From an uncultured virus (IMG/VR IMGVR_UViG_3300042898_003498) (Duplodnaviria > Heunggongvirae > Uroviricota > Caudoviricetes): a stretch of DNA of 64,000 nucleotides. Both the position numbers and the translations under genes were made by a program. Of the stretch, positions 31,113 to 37,810 are shown piece by piece. Below the pieces are notes generated by a model. The model saw only the letters and a program-made list of their open reading frames with translations. It made no database searches and was not told the origin of the DNA. The stretch's first letter is position 1; every line of letters starts with the position of its first letter. The stretch is from IMG/VR virus record IMGVR_UViG_3300042898_003498; one strand, given 5' to 3'.

Positions 31113-31221
31113 CAGGATGCATTTTACTTTTTTGACCTGTGTGCTGCCATTACACTACTAGCCGGAATCGAACCGGACCTCTGGTTTGGATTATTAGTAA
31201 AAGGTTGCTGTTAGCATCCTA
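31113..31221 (-). ncRNA. AGGAT/ACAGCAA-family RNA E2 (T-arm then D-arm, acceptor nearly deleted)
   Basis: AGGATGC/GCATCCT; CCGGTTCGATTCCGG then TAGTGTAATGGCAGCAC. Confidence 0.7.
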
Positions 31222-31225
31222 TATT

Positions 31226-31299
31226 TGGATGCGGGTCCTGGATTCGAACCAGGGATGCACCGAGCTTATGAGACTGGTGTGGTGGCCTCCCTACCCGCT
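31226..31299 (-). tRNA. tRNA-Met(CAT), initiator-like, atypical
   Basis: 1:72 mismatch, loop CTCATAA, reduced D-arm. Confidence 0.7.
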
Positions 31300-31367
31300 A
31301 TATTCTTTGCCACACTACTTATCCTATTATACACCGTGTGCCATGGTGAATTCTTCTTTTGTATTTA

Positions 31368-31444
31368 TGGTCGGTGTGACACGATTCGAACATGCGACCA
31401 CTGCGTCCCAAACGCAGAGCTCTACCAGCCTGAGCTACACACCG
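31368..31444 (-). tRNA. tRNA-Pro(TGG)
   Basis: loop TTTGGGA, CCA. Confidence 0.92.
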
Positions 31445-31451
31445 ATTAAAA

Positions 31452-31527
31452 TGGTACCTGGTGTCAGACTCGAACTGACATCGTTCTCCGTGTAAAGGAG
31501 ATGCATAACCTCTCTGCGCAACCAGGC
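31452..31527 (-). tRNA. tRNA-Val(TAC)
   Basis: loop TTTACAC, CCA. Confidence 0.9.
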
Positions 31528-31537
31528 AAAATAAAAC

Positions 31538-31621
31538 TGTAGTAAGCCTAGAGCCAATATCTAAGCATAGCCGGGATGCACCGGGGAGCCTATGGCTCAG
31601 ATTGGCACTTGCATCTCTACA
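31538..31621 (-). ncRNA. unassigned long-hairpin RNA between tRNAs
   Basis: GCCAAT.CTGAG.CATAG.../CTATG.CTTAG.ATTGGC imperfect rod. Confidence 0.45.
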
Positions 31622-31626
31622 AAACT

Positions 31627-31700
31627 TGGAGCGGGGTAAGAGAATCGAACTCTCAGCATGAGCTTGGAAGGCTCAGGTATTACCACTATACGAACCCCGC
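31627..31700 (-). tRNA. tRNA-Gly(TCC)
   Basis: loop CTTCCAA, CCA. Confidence 0.92.
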
Positions 31701-31702
31701 AT

Positions 31703-31826
31703 ACTTTATTAAAACATACTCCCAACAAGTGTCTTACGCTTGTTGTACCGTGTGTTATACACATTCCCTTATGCTAGGCTCCCCCGGGTTTGGGCTACAT
31801 AGACGAAGAGTATATTTTAATAAAGT
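31703..31826 (-). ncRNA. long-terminal-stem element (family 2)
   Basis: 19-bp stem ACTTTATTAAAATATACTC/GAGTATGTTTTAATAAAGT with one U-G pair. Confidence 0.55.
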
Positions 31827-32028
31827 GTCTAGCTACTCACACCACATGAGCCCTAAACTGAGCAGTTACTCTGTCCATGACATTTTCTTCTTCTGGAAAG
31901 GCTATCAATCCTCACCCTAGGCAGTTTCCAGTATCCCTTAAATAGGGACTGTGAGGTCAGGTCCTAGCGTACCCCCTGTTCTATCGTTTCAGGGACGCTA
32001 TTTCGTTACGTAGAAATAGTAAGACGGG
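31825..32028 (-). ncRNA. unassigned ~200-nt structured RNA
   Basis: several hairpins (CTATTTC/GAAATAG, TAGCGT.CCCTG/CAGGG.ACGCTA, TCCCT/AGGGA); no convincing ORF. Confidence 0.5.
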
Positions 32029-32035
32029 TGTTTAG

Positions 32036-32156
32036 CAGGATAGTTGCTGCCAACTGTTTTACATGTATCAGCGAACATGTTTGATAGACTTGAAGTTATC
32101 TCTGCCCATCAGTTTGATACGGGTATTAGCCGTTAGGGTTTGCTGTGCCTATCCTA
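32036..32156 (-). ncRNA. AGGAT/ACAGCAA-family RNA E3 (CTTCAAG loop)
   Basis: AGGATAG-GC-ACAGCAAA...CTATCCTG. Confidence 0.7.
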
Positions 32157-32162
32157 TAAACT

Positions 32163-32237
32163 TGGTGCCGGAGAGATGATTTGAACACCCGACCTTCGCT
32201 TTACAAGAGCGCTGCACTACCACTGTGCTACTCCGGC
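32163..32237 (-). tRNA. tRNA-Thr(TGT)
   Basis: loop CTTGTAA, CCA. Confidence 0.92.
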
Positions 32238-32243
32238 GTCTTC

Positions 32244-32495
32244 TTACTTAGCTTCAACTAACTTCTTTTCATTGTATTCTTGCAACTTGGCCTTGAAGGC
32301 ATCTTCAGTTAGACCGTGCCAACCAATGCAGTTGCCAGTTGGACTACGGCCGCAGCCGCAAGTACCTTTTTTCATTTGTTCCACACTAGGTGACATAGTT
32401 TCTTCCTTTAAATCTCTACTAAAAATTGCGTCCCAACGTGTGTCCCATTCTGCTTGACTAACGCTGAACGGACGAGCTCTTGAACCTTTTGACAT
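32244..32495 (-). CDS. small protein with CDGSH-like Cys/His motif
   Basis: CGCGRSPTGNCIGWH. Confidence 0.6.
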   Translation of the reverse strand: MSKGSRARPFSVSQAEWDTRWDAIFSRDLKEETMSPSVEQMKKGTCGCGRSPTGNCIGWHGLTEDAFKAKLQEYNEKKLVEAK

Positions 32496-32725
32496 TATCG
32501 AACCTTCTTAAGATATTCTCTACCAATCTTACCTGCTTCAATTTCTTGAAGTGCAGTAATAGTAGGGCTATTAGTTCCCATGACCTGTTTGGCATGACCA
32601 CGACGCAGTTCGCGAACTCGAGCACTGGCAATCAGAACTAGATCAAATCTATTGCCCACTGCTTCAACACATTTGTCTGTGTCGATGTTTTGTGGGGAAA
32701 AAGGCACTTTAACAACTTTAATCAT
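32495..32725 (-). CDS. rpoZ: RNA polymerase omega subunit homolog
   Basis: NRFDLVLIASARVREL...ALQEIEAG. Confidence 0.85.
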   Translation of the reverse strand: MIKVVKVPFSPQNIDTDKCVEAVGNRFDLVLIASARVRELRRGHAKQVMGTNSPTITALQEIEAGKIGREYLKKVR

Positions 32726-32751
32726 CTACTACTTTCGTTGGTTTAAAAATT

Positions 32752-32827
32752 TGGCTCCCCGGGCAAGGATCGAACTTGCGACCAACAGATTAACAGTCTG
32801 CTGCTACTACCGCTGAGCTACCAGGGA
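32752..32827 (-). tRNA. tRNA-Asn(GTT)
   Basis: loop CTGTTAA, CCA. Confidence 0.92.
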
Positions 32828-32834
32828 ATATACT

Positions 32835-33008
32835 TTACTTTGCGTCTCGCTCTTTAGCGGATCGCGGAACAATGTTCGCAGCCACTTGAGCATCGATCAT
32901 TGCGTTCTTGAACCCATGACGATCTTGATCGTTCTTAAAACTCATCAATGCTATCATAGTCTTTGCTCTTTTACTCAACTTAAAAGTCGAATTAGTTCTT
33001 GCTCTCAT
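32835..33008 (-). CDS. small hypothetical protein (MRARTNSTFKLSK...)
   Basis: AAGGA SD; the longer upstream start overlaps tRNA-Ala. Confidence 0.6.
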   Translation of the reverse strand: MRARTNSTFKLSKRAKTMIALMSFKNDQDRHGFKNAMIDAQVAANIVPRSAKERDAK

Positions 33009-33029
33009 TTTATTCCTTAAAAAATTGTA

Positions 33030-33104
33030 TGGTGGACCGACGGGGGATCGAACCCCGACCCGAGGCTTGCAAAGCCACTGTGCTCCCATTATCACTATCA
33101 GCCC
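33030..33104 (-). tRNA. tRNA-Ala(TGC)
   Basis: G3:U70, loop TTTGCAA. Confidence 0.9.
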
Positions 33105-33188
33105 ATATTAAAACACATTTAAACAGTCCTTCAACGCTAGTCGCTATCTCCCCTACTAGAGGGCGGATCTGTATGTGTTTTAATATGG
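33103..33188 (-). ncRNA. long-terminal-stem element (family 2)
   Basis: CCATATTAAAACACAT/ATGTGTTTTAATATGG. Confidence 0.55.
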
Positions 33189-33269
33189 TGCCCCAGGTCG
33201 GACTCGAACCGACACGCCTCTCGGCACTGGCTTCTAAGACCAGCGTGGCTACCATTACACCACCGGGGC
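33186..33269 (-). tRNA. tRNA-Leu(TAG), long variable arm
   Basis: loop CTTAGAA, CCA. Confidence 0.92.
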
Positions 33270-33277
33270 AAATTTTT

Positions 33278-33306
33278 ATTATACAGGATATTTATAATCC
33301 TGTCAA
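33278..33306 (-). promoter_or_regulatory. internal sigma70 promoter with TATAAATA in the spacer
   Basis: TTGACA-ggattataaatatcctg-TATAAT. Confidence 0.8.
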
Positions 33307-33323
33307 CCTCTATTTTAATAACT

Positions 33324-33400
33324 TGGTGCGCCCACTAGGACTTGAACCTAGGACCAAAGGATTATGAGTCCTCTGCTCTGACCAACTGAGCTATAGGCGC
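33324..33400 (-). tRNA. tRNA(CAT), Ile2 or elongator Met
   Basis: loop CTCATAA, CCA. Confidence 0.88.
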
Positions 33401-33409
33401 ATCAATCAT

Positions 33410-33501
33410 TGGTACCAGCGTAGGGAATCGAACCCTATCAAGAACGCTAATCTGGCGCTAAAAGGTATATAAGACCTCTCTGACTACCAAGTCTCGCTGG
33501 C
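33410..33501 (-). tRNA. tRNA(TAT, Ile anticodon) with long variable arm
   Basis: GAGGT-CTTATAT-ACCTT, ~20-nt variable region, CCA. Confidence 0.75.
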
Positions 33502-33511
33502 ATTAAAATAA

Positions 33512-33630
33512 CAGGATACCTTTTTTACGATAGGCTTGAAGCCTATTGCTCAACCGCTGAGCGAATCTGCCAAAGGCAAATGTTGGAATCGAACCAACGT
33601 GTCATAAATGACGTTGCTGCAAGTATCCTA
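33512..33630 (-). ncRNA. AGGAT/GCAGCAA-family RNA E4: complete permuted tRNA with TCA anticodon
   Basis: T-arm, ATTTGCC-TTT-GGCAGAT, D-arm, ATAGG-CTTCAAG-CCTAT inside AGGATAC/GTATCCT. Confidence 0.78.
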
Positions 33631-33636
33631 AAACTG

Positions 33637-33724
33637 TGGCGGAGCATGTAGGAATCGAACCTACTCACCCATTGCTGAATGACAGATTAGCAATCTGTTG
33701 CCTTAACCGGTCGGCCAATGCTCC
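33637..33724 (-). tRNA. tRNA-Ser(GCT)
   Basis: loop TTGCTAA, long V arm, G73. Confidence 0.92.
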
Positions 33725-33845
33725 ATTAGTTGAATCCTCTACACTATATGCCTAACTCAACAGCTTTACTCGAGTTTACTGTTTATTGCTTTGGTTACAT
33801 AACGTATGATCAAACCTCTGTGCTTGCAGAGGATTCAACTAATGG
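33723..33845 (-). ncRNA. element closed by 18-bp perfect stem
   Basis: CCATTAGTTGAATCCTCT/AGAGGATTCAACTAATGG. Confidence 0.55.
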
Positions 33846-33927
33846 TGCTCCGAGCCGGACTCGAACCGGCACACCTTTCGGCGAGAGATTTTAAGTCTCT
33901 TGTGTCTACCTATTTCACCATCGGAGC
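33843..33927 (-). tRNA. tRNA-Leu(TAA), long variable arm
   Basis: loop CTTAAAA, CCA. Confidence 0.92.
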
Positions 33928-33944
33928 AAAATACTAGCTTAACT

Positions 33945-34012
33945 TTTTAAAGAACAATGCTGTTATTAGCAGCGTATGTATAAATTATAGCGGCTTTCTC
34001 ACTGTGTGTCAA
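33945..34012 (-). promoter_or_regulatory. sigma70 promoter plus boxA-like antiterminator
   Basis: TTGACA-17-TATAAT (33984-34012); TGTTCTTTAAAA at 33945-33956. Confidence 0.75.
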
Positions 34013-34032
34013 TAGGTATTTACAAATATTTT

Positions 34033-34107
34033 TGGCCGGTCTTGAGAGGATCGAACTCCCACCCTCGGTTTCGAAGACCGAGATGATATCCATTTCACCA
34101 AAGACCG
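34033..34107 (-). tRNA. tRNA-Arg(TCG)
   Basis: loop CTTCGAA, CCA. Confidence 0.88.
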
Positions 34108-34112
34108 ATAAG

Positions 34113-34186
34113 TGGTGCTCCTACGTAGAATCGAACTACGATTCCTGTCATACCAAGACAGTGTTCTACCATTAAACTATGGGAGC
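34113..34186 (-). tRNA. tRNA-Thr(GGT)
   Basis: loop TTGGTAT, CCA. Confidence 0.9.
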
Positions 34187-34214
34187 AATAAATAAATTAA
34201 TATTTTAAAAGTTT

Positions 34215-34766
34215 ATGTTAAACCACAAAAAATCTATAATTGAATACGATTGCGATGAGATTTTAAATATCTTGCAAAAATATCCAAGGTCAGTAGGCAA
34301 TCAATCAAACGCAGTACCTTGTTCAATGTTAGAAGTATATCAAATATCTAAAATATTAAATTTTAAAGAATCTATAAAGTCTATACTGTATTTCCGAATG
34401 AGTCCAGAATTTTCATCGTTAATACACAAAGATTATTATCTAATATCTGATTTGTCCTATGCATTAAATTTGCCATTATTTGGATGCAAGGATGTATCTA
34501 TGAAGTGGTTCAAACAACTTGATCCTAATACAGGGGTAGTTCTTTTTCCGGGTCCAAGTTACGGCTCACCAACACCTTCTTTAGATCGTAAAAATGCAAT
34601 ATGTGTAGATGAGGTTAATTGTAATACACCCACAGTAGTCAAAGTAGATGATTGGCATAATATTGCAAATCACTCAACCGTTGAGGATGCTGGACTCATT
34701 AGTATAAGATTTAAAGATCTCAGTTTGGTCCCGCCAGTAGGAATCGAACCTACATTTAAGTCTTAG
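34215..34766 (+). CDS. 2OG-Fe(II)/cupin-like oxygenase
   Basis: IHKD, ALNLPL, WHNI, SIRF. Confidence 0.55.
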   Translation: MLNHKKSIIEYDCDEILNILQKYPRSVGNQSNAVPCSMLEVYQISKILNFKESIKSILYFRMSPEFSSLIHKDYYLISDLSYALNLPLFGCKDVSMKWFKQLDPNTGVVLFPGPSYGSPTPSLDRKNAICVDEVNCNTPTVVKVDDWHNIANHSTVEDAGLISIRFKDLSLVPPVGIEPTFKS

Positions 34767-34800
34767 GAGGACCCCGTACTATCCATTGTACTATGGCGAG
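34726..34800 (-). tRNA. tRNA-Arg(CCT)
   Basis: loop CTCCTAA, CCA. Confidence 0.9.
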
Positions 34801-34814
34801 CAATTCGTAACCAA

Positions 34815-35504
34815 TCACCAAAGAATTGCGTAATCTTTATATTTAATTGCCGAAGAGACAATTAAGTCTCTATTTCTTTTAAGGACTATCTCAGTAACTG
34901 CTCTATTAATTGTAAGCAGCACTGCAATCCTAGTGCCAGGTGTTGTTACCATAGGTGCATGTACAGCCCTATAATTATTTAAATAGTAGGCCATATGAGG
35001 ATTAGACATTTTGCAATTAAATATTTCTTTTTGCAGTCTGTCATCATCACTGCCCACTGGCACAACAATACTATTAATTGTATTGTATTTTTCAATAGTC
35101 TTACGAATCAGTAATGGATTTTCTTTGTAATTCTCACATTCAAGATAAAATCTAAAACCGGCTGGGTCTATATCATTATGCCAAAATCCAATACCGGTAA
35201 CTGATGGTCTTACAGGTAAAAATAATACTGTATTCAGTTCGTATCTTTTCATATTAAATGCTTCGTAACAATACTTGGCAAGTTCGGGAAATTCTTTATC
35301 AAAGTTATTTTGCCATGCACCATTTGATGCTCCGAATACTAAGTCCCAGGTGTACTCTTCTCCTATTGTTTTTTCTGCATGAATTTCTTTTTCTTTGCAA
35401 GGTTGTGGATACACTTTTTTAATCCACTCCATAAACTTAACCATATCTATATCTGGTCTTATAGGTATGTCAAGAGGCGTATAACATATATCGATTGGTT
35501 CCAT
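34815..35504 (-). CDS. 2OG-Fe(II)/cupin-like oxygenase
   Basis: WHND...VHA...RIA; similar to 18576. Confidence 0.5.
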   Translation of the reverse strand: MEPIDICYTPLDIPIRPDIDMVKFMEWIKKVYPQPCKEKEIHAEKTIGEEYTWDLVFGASNGAWQNNFDKEFPELAKYCYEAFNMKRYELNTVLFLPVRPSVTGIGFWHNDIDPAGFRFYLECENYKENPLLIRKTIEKYNTINSIVVPVGSDDDRLQKEIFNCKMSNPHMAYYLNNYRAVHAPMVTTPGTRIAVLLTINRAVTEIVLKRNRDLIVSSAIKYKDYAILW

Positions 35505-35556
35505 AAATTTATTTACCTACCAAATTATTTTATCTAATATTTCTATAAATATTTTT

Positions 35557-36120
35557 ATGGACATTGACTATATCATAGATTTAAAATTACCTGTAAATTT
35601 TATTCCGCACGAGTTTTCAAAAAGTTATCAATATCAAGAACTTATACTTACACCGGATCTAATCAATCAAGAATTTCATGTGTTGTTAAAAGATCTCGGT
35701 CTTAAAACTTGCCCCGACGGAAGTAGATTTTTTCACAGACCTCCATTTAATCGAGGAACAATTCACGTTGATGCATTTGATGCAAATGCTAGCAAGTTAC
35801 TCTTCATATACGACAGCGAAGGCGCCATAATGAATTGGTATGAATTGTTATCTGGAAGTACTTCTACGCCGTATATCAATTATCAAGGGGAGGAAATCAG
35901 ATCATTTGATCCTAAAAAATGTACAAAAATATTAACAACTCCGGCTGATAGTCATTGTCTAATAAATGGAAAAATGATGCATCAAGTCTTTGTCGGCCGT
36001 AATAATTTTAAATATAGAAAATGTTATTCAATAACACTATTGGATTATCAAACCAGTGAAAGAATTCACTGGAATGAGGCGATTAAAATTTTTAAACCTT
36101 ATTTTTTAAATACAGTATAG
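35557..36120 (+). CDS. 2OG-Fe(II)/cupin-like oxygenase
   Basis: IHVD...MHQV...RKC. Confidence 0.5.
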   Translation: MDIDYIIDLKLPVNFIPHEFSKSYQYQELILTPDLINQEFHVLLKDLGLKTCPDGSRFFHRPPFNRGTIHVDAFDANASKLLFIYDSEGAIMNWYELLSGSTSTPYINYQGEEIRSFDPKKCTKILTTPADSHCLINGKMMHQVFVGRNNFKYRKCYSITLLDYQTSERIHWNEAIKIFKPYFLNTV

Positions 36121-36135
36121 CAATAAATATTTTTT

Positions 36136-36666
36136 ATGCGATATATTACACCTATTAAATTTCCAAAATTTAATTTAGAGTTTCCAAAGAATTCAACTAA
36201 GAGAATTACATATATTGATCCATTTTCTATCCTGCGTACATTAGGAGTTCCGGAATGTAGTTATTTTGATTTGCAGTGCCTTGAAGCAGTGATTATGCCC
36301 CAGTCCTCTTTAGAAATACACAAGGATACTGACGGTGCAGGCAAGTCAGGAGATGTTTGGAGTCTAGTAGTTTGTCCGAACAACAATGATAATAATTGCT
36401 TTTTAGAAATCTACGAAGAAGTTCCTGAAACAAAATTACTTACTTTCAAATCAGTAAGTAATTTTACATTAACGCATTTAGATCCCGCAACTGCTAAATT
36501 AGTAGATCGTTGGAATATAAAAGACAGTGCTTGCATATTCAATGCCGGAGATTGCTGGCACACTGTAAGAAACCCCACTGACACACATATACATGTATTG
36601 AGCTTTAGGAGTAAAAAAATAGAATCACTTAATATTTTAAAAAAACTAGTAGAATCTTTAGTTTAA
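36136..36666 (+). CDS. 2OG-Fe(II)/cupin-like oxygenase
   Basis: IHKD...WHTVRN...SFR. Confidence 0.55.
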   Translation: MRYITPIKFPKFNLEFPKNSTKRITYIDPFSILRTLGVPECSYFDLQCLEAVIMPQSSLEIHKDTDGAGKSGDVWSLVVCPNNNDNNCFLEIYEEVPETKLLTFKSVSNFTLTHLDPATAKLVDRWNIKDSACIFNAGDCWHTVRNPTDTHIHVLSFRSKKIESLNILKKLVESLV

Positions 36667-36707
36667 TTTTAAGATACGCGAGCATTAATTTTGTTTGATT
36701 AAAAACC

Positions 36708-36782
36708 TGGTACCGCCTAGAAGAATCGAACTCCTATTCACACTTTAGAAGAGTGCTGTATTCTCCATTATACGAAGGCGGT
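36708..36782 (-). tRNA. tRNA-Arg(TCT)
   Basis: loop CTTCTAA, CCA. Confidence 0.9.
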
Positions 36783-36790
36783 AAATTATT

Positions 36791-36865
36791 TGGTGGAGTG
36801 TAGCAGAGTCGAACTGCTGACCAGGCTTTGCGGCCTGCTGTTAGCCATTTACACAGTCACACCCC
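36791..36865 (-). tRNA. atypical tRNA-like gene (6-nt loop CGCAAA, Cys-like)
   Basis: good acceptor, T-arm and CCA; non-canonical anticodon loop. Confidence 0.55.
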
Positions 36866-36869
36866 ATAT

Positions 36870-36957
36870 TGGAGGAAAGCCAGAGAATCGAACTCTAACC
36901 GTTTTCACGATCCTGCTGTTTTCGAGACAGCGGCCAGCCCAGCTGACATAACCTTCC
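36870..36957 (-). tRNA. tRNA-Ser(CGA)
   Basis: loop CTCGAAA, long V arm. Confidence 0.85.
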
Positions 36958-36958
36958 A

Positions 36959-37045
36959 TGGCAGAGGATAACGGAATCGAACCGTCCCCGCGTTAGCGAG
37001 GGAACACCTTTCCAAGATGCTTAGTCACCATGACTTCTATCCTCT
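36959..37045 (-). tRNA. tRNA-Ser(GGA)
   Basis: loop TTGGAAA, long V arm. Confidence 0.85.
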
Positions 37046-37050
37046 ATGTT

Positions 37051-37173
37051 TGGTGGAGACCCCTGGATTCGAACCAGGATCACGTCCTTATGAATGGAAA
37101 TTTTGTAAATTGCTGACTGTATCCTTGCCAGGATAACCTTTGTTTACGTGTGCTACCATTACACCAGGTCTCC
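37051..37173 (-). tRNA. tRNA(CAT) with ~47-nt ATCCT/AGGAT-CAGCAA insertion in the anticodon stem (E5)
   Basis: acceptor GGAGACC/GGTCTCC-ACCA, D and T arms normal; insert TATCCTG-GCA-AGGATACAGTCAGCAA. Confidence 0.75.
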
Positions 37174-37178
37174 GAAAA

Positions 37179-37236
37179 TGGCGGGACATTTTTGATTGCA
37201 GTTAAGATTCATTACTGAATCTATTTTTTTTGTCCC
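37179..37236 (-). ncRNA. mini acceptor-stem RNA ending in GCCA with hairpin + ACTGCAA
   Basis: GGGACA/TGTCCC-GCCA; AGATTCA-GTAA-TGAATCT-TA-ACTGCAA. Confidence 0.55.
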
Positions 37237-37243
37237 ATAACTG

Positions 37244-37321
37244 TGGTACCCTCTGGCGGATTCGAACCGCCACTGAACTCCTTTTGAGAGAGCTGCCTGC
37301 TACCAATTGGGCTAAGAGGGC
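37244..37321 (-). tRNA. tRNA-Leu(CAA), short variable loop
   Basis: loop CTCAAAA, 5-nt V region. Confidence 0.85.
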
Positions 37322-37330
37322 ATAAAAATT

Positions 37331-37407
37331 TGGTGCTCCTGACAGGCTTCGAACCTGCAACATACGATCTCTCAAACCGCAACGTCTACCAATTGCGTCA
37401 CAGGAGC
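37331..37407 (-). tRNA. tRNA-Leu(GAG), short variable loop
   Basis: loop TTGAGAG, 5-nt V region. Confidence 0.82.
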
Positions 37408-37408
37408 A

Positions 37409-37483
37409 TGGCACGGGTACTAGGGCTCGAACCCAGAATTGGCAGAGTCAAAGTCTGTGGTGTTACCATTACACTATACCCGA
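37409..37483 (-). tRNA. tRNA-Gln(TTG)
   Basis: loop CTTTGAC, CCA. Confidence 0.9.
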
Positions 37484-37495
37484 ACAAAAATATAA

Positions 37496-37603
37496 CAGGA
37501 TGCTGTAGTATCGCCGGGAATCGAACCCCTATTTCAACTACGGTGCCCAACTGCACGGCCTGCCAGATTGTTAGCGGCATAAGTGTTTGCTGTAATCATC
37601 CTA
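37496..37603 (-). ncRNA. AGGAT/ACAGCAA-family RNA E6 (contains T-arm)
   Basis: AGGATG/CATCCT; ACAGCAAA; GGGGTTCGATTCCC. Confidence 0.7.
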
Positions 37604-37607
37604 AAAC

Positions 37608-37685
37608 TGGTACCCCTGACCGGATTCGAACCGGTACTGAACAATGTTTAAGACTGTTGCCTGCTACCAATTGGGCTACAGGGGC
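37608..37685 (-). tRNA. tRNA-Leu(TAA), short variable loop
   Basis: loop CTTAAAC, 5-nt V region. Confidence 0.85.
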
Positions 37686-37691
37686 ATAATT

Positions 37692-37766
37692 TGGTAGTTC
37701 CTACTGGAGTTGAACCAGTGACCTTCATCGTGTCAGGATGGTATTCTACCGCTGAACTAAGGAACT
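37692..37766 (-). tRNA. tRNA-Val(GAC)
   Basis: loop CTGACAC, CCA. Confidence 0.9.
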
Positions 37767-37810
37767 GTATTGATGCATTTAGTATCACATATACTAAGAT
37801 AAATATGGTT

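Noticed and set aside
31538..31621. SRP or 6S RNA
   Set aside because: Lacks the SRP domain IV GGAA/AGCAG motif and is too short for 6S; left unassigned.
37051..37173. Group I or archaeal-type intron in tRNA(CAT)
   Set aside because: Insert is only about 47 nt, lies in the stem, and shows no group I core or clear bulge-helix-bulge.
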